Source: a virus (lineage: Duplodnaviria; Caudoviricetes). From it: a DNA stretch of 64,000 nt. Within the stretch, counting starts at the first letter, position 1, and each line of letters opens with the position of its first letter. A program made the translations under genes and the position numbers. This document shows, piece by piece, positions 57,004 through 64,000 of the stretch. The notes under the pieces were generated by a model. The model did not search any database and was not told the DNA's origin. It saw nothing but the letters and a program-made list of their open reading frames with translations. The stretch is from positions 32,001 through 96,000 of the IMG/VR virus record IMGVR_UViG_3300036770_003093; one strand, written 5' to 3'.

Positions 57004-57443
57004 CACAACAAGAAATACAAGAAAACACAAACTATGAAAAGGAATTTGTGCTTTATGAACAAGCCCTAGCATTAAAAGAACTAGGGTTTGATGAACCTTT
57101 TAAAATTTTTGACCAAGCTATTGTCTTTAGAAATAAAGGTATATGTATGGCTAATGAATATGCTTTAGAATATTTTGATTTTTATGGTGATGAAGTTATA
57201 TCAGCACCACTTTACCAGCAAGTATTTAGATGGTTTAGAGAGAAGTATGGTTTATGTTCTTGGATAGAAAGAATGTATACAGCAGATAGTATTTGTTATT
57301 ATAGATACACGTGTGAATATAAAAAGGATCCTTCATCAAAGACTCATGAAGTTATACTTAGTATTAAAGAATATAATACCTACGAAGAAGCAGAACTTGC
57401 TTGTCTTAAAAAACTAATCGAAATCGTTAAACAACAACTATGA
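57000..57443 (+). CDS. Hypothetical protein
   Basis: ALALKELGFDE...PLYQQVFRWFREKYG. Confidence 0.6.
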   Translation: MTQQEIQENTNYEKEFVLYEQALALKELGFDEPFKIFDQAIVFRNKGICMANEYALEYFDFYGDEVISAPLYQQVFRWFREKYGLCSWIERMYTADSICYYRYTCEYKKDPSSKTHEVILSIKEYNTYEEAELACLKKLIEIVKQQL

Positions 57444-57667
57444 GCAACAAACAACAAACAGCAGTTGAGTGGTTAGCATCTCAATTAGGAAAACATATTA
57501 TTTGGGAAGAAAAGATAATAGACATAATCGAACAAGCCAAAGAACTTGAAAAGCAGCAGATTATTGATGCTTATGATTTAGGTAGCTTATCAGATATGCA
57601 ATACCCTGACCCTAAAACAGTAATTGAAAATGGCGAACAATACTACAACGAAACCTTTAACAAATAA
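57440..57667 (+). CDS. Hypothetical protein
   Basis: QTAVEWL...QAKELEKQQIIDAY...EQYYNETF. Confidence 0.6.
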   Translation: MSNKQQTAVEWLASQLGKHIIWEEKIIDIIEQAKELEKQQIIDAYDLGSLSDMQYPDPKTVIENGEQYYNETFNK

Positions 57668-57670
57668 CCC

Positions 57671-57880
57671 ATGAACAACAACAAACAAGAAACACTTGAA
57701 GAGGCTGCTGAAAAGTATTGGGCTAAACAACCTTATAATCAAGATGCTTTTGAAGAAGGTGCTAAATGGCAAGCAGAGAGAATGTATAGCGAGGAAGAAG
57801 TTAAACGTATTTTAATGAAAACAGGTAACTATACAAAGATAACTTTAGATACATGGTTTGAACAATTTAAAAAGAAGTAA
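57671..57880 (+). CDS. Hypothetical protein
   Basis: KQETLEEAAE...GAKWQAERMYSEEEV...EQFKKK. Confidence 0.6.
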   Translation: MNNNKQETLEEAAEKYWAKQPYNQDAFEEGAKWQAERMYSEEEVKRILMKTGNYTKITLDTWFEQFKKK

Positions 57881-57881
57881 T

Positions 57882-58154
57882 ATGAAACAGTTAATAGTAA
57901 TTTTATCAGTATTTTTATTATTTAGTTGTAATTCTGATTATAAAGTAGTTAATACAAAAATAGTAAAAGGAAGAGTTTCTGCAATTGAAGAAGGCTACAT
58001 AGGTACAAGGACATCAAAACTACCTAAAATATATATTCAGGATAACAAACAGACTATCACAATAGACATACCGTTTGCTAATGAAAATGATTACAAAATA
58101 GGTGATAGCATTAGTGTTATTATTCAACAAGTTGAACAATTTAAAAAGAAGTAA
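57882..58154 (+). CDS. Putative lipoprotein
   Basis: MKQLIVILSVFLLFSC lipobox; flanked by a 28-bp direct repeat. Confidence 0.6.
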   Translation: MKQLIVILSVFLLFSCNSDYKVVNTKIVKGRVSAIEEGYIGTRTSKLPKIYIQDNKQTITIDIPFANENDYKIGDSISVIIQQVEQFKKK

Positions 58155-58155
58155 T

Positions 58156-58737
58156 ATGACACACAACATTATCAAAACCGAAAACTATCTTCTTATTGTA
58201 AGTGATGAAATACCTACTACATGGTACTATGACACTTACATAAATCAGGTGCGACATACGGGAGGTGCTGAATATGGGGATAGTTCTATTACTAAAAAAG
58301 TGATTGGTCATTTACCACTCAACAACTCACCTGTTCTTGAAGGTGTACCCCTTTTGCCACCGCTTGAAGATGAAGCTGAAAGTTTATCTTTAAAATCTGT
58401 GAATAAAAGAGGGTACACAACAGATGATTATCAAGATGGTTTTGAGGATGGCTACAACAAAGCCAAAGAGAAGTATAAGTTTACAGAGGATGATTTGAGA
58501 GAGGCTTTATTTGAAGCATTAAATACACCAAAAGAAGAATGTTGTGTGAGTTACACAAAAGACAGTATTGTTCGTAGAGTAATCCAATCCCTCCAACAAC
58601 CAAAGATGCCTGTTGCGTTTGAGTGTGATATGGAAAACAAGATTGCTATTGATGGTCATACAGTAATAGGTAGTGAGCCAAAAACCACAACCAACCCCCA
58701 AGGCCAAACCGTTTTGGTAGGCAAATACATTTACTAA
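58156..58737 (+). CDS. Hypothetical protein
   Basis: Likely start MTHNII. Confidence 0.6.
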   Translation: MTHNIIKTENYLLIVSDEIPTTWYYDTYINQVRHTGGAEYGDSSITKKVIGHLPLNNSPVLEGVPLLPPLEDEAESLSLKSVNKRGYTTDDYQDGFEDGYNKAKEKYKFTEDDLREALFEALNTPKEECCVSYTKDSIVRRVIQSLQQPKMPVAFECDMENKIAIDGHTVIGSEPKTTTNPQGQTVLVGKYIY

Positions 58738-58763
58738 AAACTTAATACCTTTGAAGAAAAACT

Positions 58764-59018
58764 ATGACTACAATTACTTTTGTAAACGGGTGGAAAGAAA
58801 GCTACCAACACATTAATCTTATTCCACACACGCAGATCGTGCGTAAAAAACCAGGTAAAGTTGAATCCTGCATGAAAGGGTGCATCAATACCAAAAAGTG
58901 TAAAGATCCTTTCTGCACACAAATCTTAGAAAAAAGAAGAGAGATTGTGATCAGCTGGTTAGGATTTACTCTGAACATCATTACTGTAGAACACACAATA
59001 GATAAACCTAACAACTAA
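58764..59018 (+). CDS. Hypothetical protein
   Basis: 84 aa, stop overlaps the next start. Confidence 0.5.
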   Translation: MTTITFVNGWKESYQHINLIPHTQIVRKKPGKVESCMKGCINTKKCKDPFCTQILEKRREIVISWLGFTLNIITVEHTIDKPNN

Positions 59019-59404
59019 TGTTTCACGGCGTTCTTAAGAAAGAAAATGGAAAGCTTGTATACTCTGATCATGCTGAGAAATTAAAGTATGATCTGTTTTT
59101 AAAGAACCTGCCCGAGGGTGCCACAATCGAAATCTATGTAGAAGCCGTTAAATCTGATGGGAGTGTAGCCCAGCTTGCTAAAGTTCATGCTATGATAAGA
59201 GAACTCGCAAATTTCCTGGGTTACACTTTCGAGGAGATGAAATATGAGGTAAAAGAAAAAGCCGGTTTATGCCTTGTTAAAGACATAAACGGCTCTCAAG
59301 TAAAAGTGTGCAAATCTTTTGCAGCCTGTTCTAAAATGGAACTAGGTATGGCTATCAATGCCTGCCTAGAAATTGGAGATATAGTAGGTTTTAACCTTCA
59401 CTAG
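59018..59404 (+). CDS. Possible NinB/Orf-like recombination protein
   Basis: AQLAKVHAMIRELANFLG...KSFAACSKMEL. Confidence 0.45.
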   Translation: MFHGVLKKENGKLVYSDHAEKLKYDLFLKNLPEGATIEIYVEAVKSDGSVAQLAKVHAMIRELANFLGYTFEEMKYEVKEKAGLCLVKDINGSQVKVCKSFAACSKMELGMAINACLEIGDIVGFNLH

Positions 59405-59714
59405 TAGGTTCTACATACCCCTCGTCTCCAGGTTCTAGAATTTCTTTCTCATTAAACTGCTTTTGCTCTACAGAAGCATTCTCGATTTCACTAAGCAAAA
59501 TGAAAAGCGTTTGAATATCAAAAGCTTCTGGATTACTGTTGTAAAACTCAGGAGACTTTTCTGATGCTTGTGGATTCAAAAATTCTTTTACAATCTCTGG
59601 ATCAAGTTTGTTTAACTGACGAAAAAGCATAGATTTTACACGCTTATAGAAAAATCCACTGATTTTAATTGACACCAAATGGTCATCTTGAAGTTCCTTA
59701 ACTGTAACAGCCAT
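59391..59714 (-). CDS. Hypothetical protein, lone counter-oriented gene
   Basis: 107 aa fills the gap between plus-strand genes. Confidence 0.6.
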   Translation of the reverse strand: MAVTVKELQDDHLVSIKISGFFYKRVKSMLFRQLNKLDPEIVKEFLNPQASEKSPEFYNSNPEAFDIQTLFILLSEIENASVEQKQFNEKEILEPGDEGYVEPTSEG

Positions 59715-59734
59715 AATTTAAATGTTTAAAGTTT

Positions 59735-60445
59735 ATGACAAATATAGATATAGATTCCATACGAGACAAATTACACGCAAAATTAGAACCATCTGGTTGG
59801 GCTACAGTACTTAGACACTTTATTTACAGCGACGAGTTTACTAAAATTATAGTAAAGCTAGAGCATGAAACTAAAGAAGGTAGAAGATTTACTCCTTCTC
59901 TTAGTAAAATGTTCAGCGCTTTTTATGATTGTCCCTATGATAAGTTAAGTGTAGTCATGATTGGACAAGATCCTTATCCCTATGTAGGGGTAGCTGATGG
60001 TAAAGCTTTTTCTGTGAGTAATGATTCTAAACATGTGCCGCCGTCGCTAAAGTATATCTTTAAAGAGATAGAGCGCACAGTATACAAAGAGAAAAAGAAC
60101 TTTCAACCAGATTTATCAAGGTGGTCTAATCAAGGCATATTGTTACTAAACATTGCTCTTACCACAACTGTAAACAAAGTAGGCCAACATTATCTTATCT
60201 GGCAACCATTTCTAGCTTATCTCTTTGATATGCTCAATTGGCACAAGCCTCAAACTATCTATGTTTACATGGGTAAAAAAGCTAGTGATTGGCAAGATAG
60301 TGTATCTGACAACAACAAAAAGTTAGTAACTTCACATCCCGCATCCGCAGCTCATAATAAACTTGAGAACTGGGATTCCGGGGATGTATTCAACAAGATA
60401 AACGAATGTCTACAGAAACTAGAGAAGCCACAGATAGAGTGGTAA
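59735..60445 (+). CDS. ung: Uracil-DNA glycosylase (family 1)
   Basis: GQDPYP, ADGKAFS, PPSL, QGILLLN, HPAS. Confidence 0.9.
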   Translation: MTNIDIDSIRDKLHAKLEPSGWATVLRHFIYSDEFTKIIVKLEHETKEGRRFTPSLSKMFSAFYDCPYDKLSVVMIGQDPYPYVGVADGKAFSVSNDSKHVPPSLKYIFKEIERTVYKEKKNFQPDLSRWSNQGILLLNIALTTTVNKVGQHYLIWQPFLAYLFDMLNWHKPQTIYVYMGKKASDWQDSVSDNNKKLVTSHPASAAHNKLENWDSGDVFNKINECLQKLEKPQIEW

Positions 60446-60906
60446 TGAATCCAAATTACTACTACGATTTACATCAAGAAATCTCTAGATTTTGTAAACG
60501 TATCGCGCGGCTGTATGATGTTACACTCCATGTAACAACACTACAAACCATAGATATTGTCACAAAGCTTCCTCTAGAAACAATAGAGAGCGCAGTAAAT
60601 GCTGTCATTGAAAAAGAGTATCCCGGCGAAACTGTAAAGACTTTAAGCCGTGGTGGAGCTATTTATAGACAAGTGTTTTCTAAGATTGCTAGTGATCTAG
60701 GTCATGTAAAATTGCACATCGCCGCTTATCTTGGTCAAAACCACACTACAGTTTTATACTCTATAAGAACCATCACAAACCTTATAGAAGTCAAAGACTA
60801 CAACACGTTACTAATCCATAACAAATGCATTCATGAGCTTAAATCCAAAGAACAAACTTATAACTCTTTTTCAACAGACTCTGAACCTGTCGATAACACC
60901 CAATGA
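60445..60906 (+). CDS. Protein with a DnaA C-terminal (domain IV)-like HTH
   Basis: RQVF...IAAYLGQNHTTVLYSIRTI resembles the DnaA RDHTTV motif; likely start MNPNYY. Confidence 0.6.
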   Translation: MNPNYYYDLHQEISRFCKRIARLYDVTLHVTTLQTIDIVTKLPLETIESAVNAVIEKEYPGETVKTLSRGGAIYRQVFSKIASDLGHVKLHIAAYLGQNHTTVLYSIRTITNLIEVKDYNTLLIHNKCIHELKSKEQTYNSFSTDSEPVDNTQ

Positions 60907-61468
60907 GTTGTTTGCTATGTTGTGTTTCAAGGAAAAGATAATGATTGATCATACCAAGATCAATCTACACTTTGAAATGCGACGACTCAAATCAGAAGGG
61001 TATGTTATCTACGATGAGAAAGAGGAGAAAATAGTTATCACAGAAAAAGGTGAAGCTCTTTTAACTGAAATGGAAACGCTATATAGCAAAACAGTTGAGA
61101 GTATTTCTAAACAGGTTATTGGTAATAACTATGAAGAGAACATTGCTAGTTACAACATGTTGTTCCCGCGCGGTAAACTACCTAGTGGTAAACAAGCCCG
61201 AGTAAATGCTAAAAATCTAGAAGCTTCTTTCAAATGGTTCTTCAAAACTTTTGATTACTCATGGGAGATTGTTCTTAAAGCAACCGAGCTTTACGTAAAT
61301 GAGTACAGATTACGCAACTATCTTTATATGCGTACATCCCAATACTTTATTCGTAAAACTCTCCCTGATCGTACATCAGAATCTGAGCTGGCTAATTATT
61401 GTGAAATGATTGTAACCGGCAACTATGAAGATCCAGGAAGCGAGCATTTTAGTGAAAGAGTAGTATAA
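60833..61468 (+). CDS. Putative replication initiator/helicase loader
   Basis: wHTH-like N-terminus; directly precedes dnaB. Confidence 0.45.
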   Translation: MSLNPKNKLITLFQQTLNLSITPNELFAMLCFKEKIMIDHTKINLHFEMRRLKSEGYVIYDEKEEKIVITEKGEALLTEMETLYSKTVESISKQVIGNNYEENIASYNMLFPRGKLPSGKQARVNAKNLEASFKWFFKTFDYSWEIVLKATELYVNEYRLRNYLYMRTSQYFIRKTLPDRTSESELANYCEMIVTGNYEDPGSEHFSERVV

Positions 61469-61482
61469 TTAAATAGATAGAT

Positions 61483-62481
61483 ATGTTGAAAGGTAAACAG
61501 GCTTGGAAAAGCCAAAAGGAAGGGTTTGTTGATTCTCTTAACTACCTAAAAGGTAGGCAAGAAGGCTTGATTAAAAGCATCAGAACACCCTGGGTAAAAT
61601 TTAATGACGCGTCTACAGATGGTATTGAGTGGAACTCTATGACTGTTATTGGTGGAAGACCAGGTAGTGGTAAAACTCTTATTGCGGCCCAGATAATACG
61701 AAGTGCTTATTCTCTTAATAAAGGGCAAAAGTTTAGAGTATTACAGTTTCAGTTTGAGATGCTTGCTCGTGTCTCCGCCATTCGTGAATACAGCAGTTAT
61801 CTAGGTAAATCTTACAAGTATCTATGTAGTGCGGATGGTCAACTTACAGCAGAAGATTTGACTAAATGCTATGCTTATGCAAAGAGTAGAGTAAAGTATC
61901 CAATTGATGTTGTAGATGAACCATGCACAACAAAAGAGTTCAAAAAGATCGTAGAAACTTACATGGAAGAACACGCAGAAATAGTTGACGAAGAGAAGGT
62001 TTTTACAAAAACAATTATTACCTTAGATCATTCATTACTAGTTAAAAAAGAGACTTACGAGAAAGATAAATATGAAACACTTTACAATTTAAGCGAAACA
62101 ATAACTGAGTTAAAAAGAAAGTATCCTATAGCCTTTATCATATTAAGCCAGCTTAACAGAAACATTGACTCGCCAGAGCGCAATGAAGATGGTAAATATG
62201 GAAACTACATTCTAGAATCTGATCTTTTTGGTGCCGATGCTTTGTTGCAACACGCAGACATGGTAGTTGGTATAAACCGGCCAGGTAAACAAAAGATTAG
62301 ATTTTATGGCCCAGATAGATACATTATTGAAGATGACAAAATTCTTGTCATGCACTTCCTAAAATGTAGAAACGGTGATAACAGAATGAGTTTCTTTAAA
62401 GCAGAGTTTGAGAAGATGCAGATTATAGAAACAGATACTCCACCCACACAAGAAAAAAGAACATTAACCAAAATCACATAG
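61483..62481 (+). CDS. dnaB: DnaB-like replicative helicase
   Basis: GGRPGSGKT, FEM, LDH, LSQLNR, LKCRNG. Confidence 0.9.
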   Translation: MLKGKQAWKSQKEGFVDSLNYLKGRQEGLIKSIRTPWVKFNDASTDGIEWNSMTVIGGRPGSGKTLIAAQIIRSAYSLNKGQKFRVLQFQFEMLARVSAIREYSSYLGKSYKYLCSADGQLTAEDLTKCYAYAKSRVKYPIDVVDEPCTTKEFKKIVETYMEEHAEIVDEEKVFTKTIITLDHSLLVKKETYEKDKYETLYNLSETITELKRKYPIAFIILSQLNRNIDSPERNEDGKYGNYILESDLFGADALLQHADMVVGINRPGKQKIRFYGPDRYIIEDDKILVMHFLKCRNGDNRMSFFKAEFEKMQIIETDTPPTQEKRTLTKIT

Positions 62482-62482
62482 T

Positions 62483-63031
62483 ATGTCAACAAAAACAAGA
62501 GCAGAAATCGTCAAAGAATTAAAAGAACATCATCAACTAGTATTTAACGCACTCGGAATCCCAGATGCTAACTTTGTCCCTAAGTTAGCATGGAAACCTC
62601 AAGACAAAGATTATTACTGTATGGGCTTCTTTGCTAATGAACTTAGCGGAGGCACTGATGTCTATACAGAGTATGTAAGTTCTAATTTAGAACCCGAGGA
62701 TCCACAGCGTAAACTGTATAGATGGAAATACAATCCTCATTTTGCTGAGGAGTATGACACTATACCTACTAGCTCTGGACATGTGAGATATTTAATTCCT
62801 GTTGATGAGTTACATGAAGTAACTGTAGATACAAAAATTGAATCTGCACCAAAAGAGTTACCAAGTCTTAAGACTAAGAGTAAATCTTTTGAAATCATGG
62901 ATCCTGACAATGACGCACCCATTGATCAGATGACTATTAAGGATCTTGCTGCAATATTGTGGCAGTCTCCTGTAAGCGACAAATCATTTTTAAACCAATT
63001 AATCAAAGAAAGATGGCCGAAGCATGCTTAA
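62483..63031 (+). CDS. Hypothetical protein
   Basis: 182 aa in the replication module. Confidence 0.6.
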   Translation: MSTKTRAEIVKELKEHHQLVFNALGIPDANFVPKLAWKPQDKDYYCMGFFANELSGGTDVYTEYVSSNLEPEDPQRKLYRWKYNPHFAEEYDTIPTSSGHVRYLIPVDELHEVTVDTKIESAPKELPSLKTKSKSFEIMDPDNDAPIDQMTIKDLAAILWQSPVSDKSFLNQLIKERWPKHA

Positions 63032-63690
63032 TCATTGCTGAGTCTGGATCTGGTAAGTCTACTAGCATCCGCACTTTAGATCCTGAAACAACGTTTATTA
63101 TCAACGTTGCAAACAAACCGTTGCCGTTTAAAGGCTGGCGAGAAAAATACATACTTGTAAGCAAAGACTATCCCCAGGGTAACATGAGTAATACATCTAC
63201 TCCTGGAGGTATTATCAAAGCTTTAGAATATGTATCTACATCCCGGCCAGAGATCAAAACTATTGTCATAGATGACTGGCAGTATATGTCAAGCTTTGAG
63301 TTCTTTGATAGAGCTCTAGAAAAAGGTTATGAGAAATTTACTCAGATTGGTGCCGGTATAGCAGCTGTTGCTAAAACACCAAAAGATTTGAGACAAGATC
63401 TTGTAATCTTCTTTCTTACACATGCTGAAGACTTTTATGATAGCACCGGCGCTCGTAAAACCAAAGCTAAAACAATTGGTAAAATGATTGACGAGAAACT
63501 TACTCTCGAAGGTTTATTTTCCATTGTACTATATGGCAAGGTAAAGAAAGACAAGGACAACAATCTTAGATATGTCTTTGAGACAAAGAACAGTGGCGAT
63601 AACACATGTAAAGCACCACTCGAAATGTTTGAATCAGATGAGATTCCTAACGATCTAGAATTAGTACGTAAATCAATCATTAACTTTTAA
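63013..63690 (+). CDS. AAA-family ATPase (Sak4-like recombination protein)
   Basis: AESGSGKSTS, IVIDD, LTH; start MAEAC. Confidence 0.75.
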   Translation: MAEACLIIAESGSGKSTSIRTLDPETTFIINVANKPLPFKGWREKYILVSKDYPQGNMSNTSTPGGIIKALEYVSTSRPEIKTIVIDDWQYMSSFEFFDRALEKGYEKFTQIGAGIAAVAKTPKDLRQDLVIFFLTHAEDFYDSTGARKTKAKTIGKMIDEKLTLEGLFSIVLYGKVKKDKDNNLRYVFETKNSGDNTCKAPLEMFESDEIPNDLELVRKSIINF

Positions 63691-63701
63691 ATCAATTAAA
63701 A

Positions 63702-64000
63702 ATGGCACTAAGCACAAAAAAAGTAACCACAGATGGTGGTGGTAGTTATGTCTCAAAAACAATTGAGCCAGGAAATGTAACAGCAAAGATTCTTGAAGTA
63801 AGACTAGAACCTTTCACTTTTGTAGAAAACTCCTACCATATTATCCTGGAGTTAGAAACTAAAGAGATTCCTGGATTTGAAGGTTTTGCTATTAACAAAG
63901 ACAAACCAGATGGACCTAAATACAAAGGTCAAGTTGGACGTGTTAAAATGAGTCAGTATGCCTATGTAGATGGTGTTACTAAAACTGGCCGCGAAGTTTC
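63702..64000 (+). CDS. Partial ORF, possible ssDNA-binding protein
   Basis: MALSTKKV...IEPGNVTAKI...; position after a Sak4-like ATPase. Confidence 0.45.
   Translation, partial: MALSTKKVTTDGGGSYVSKTIEPGNVTAKILEVRLEPFTFVENSYHIILELETKEIPGFEGFAINKDKPDGPKYKGQVGRVKMSQYAYVDGVTKTGREV

Noticed and set aside
1-64000. Stop-codon reassignment, as seen in some crAss-like phages
   Set aside because: Long genes are intact under the standard code, TAG and TGA end genes at tight junctions, and no suppressor tRNA is seen

Overview
This is a 64 kb segment of a lytic crAss-like (Crassvirales-related) dsDNA phage genome, probably infecting a Bacteroidota host. The standard genetic code fits, and I see no integrase, CRISPR array or rRNA. 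Positions 1-41.7 kb are one minus-strand late/virion arm, listed here from low to high coordinates: a modular cargo polyprotein (missed by the ORF track) with NlpC/P60 and ADP-ribosyltransferase-like modules, muzzle and ring proteins, very Cys-rich fibre proteins, a Dps-like protein, nine small Lys-rich proteins, major capsid protein, portal, terminase, a SET-domain protein and lysis genes. A palindrome-rich junction lies at 41.76-42.06 kb. The plus-strand arm opens with seven promoter-gene-terminator units sharing TACATTCATTTRAT. It continues with about 3 kb of largely non-coding, structure-rich DNA, two anticodon-less tRNA-like RNAs (one invaded by a PD-(D/E)XK endonuclease gene), and replication genes (SF2 helicase, tdk, ung, dnaB, AAA ATPase). 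All family assignments come from motif recognition and gene order; no database searches were run.
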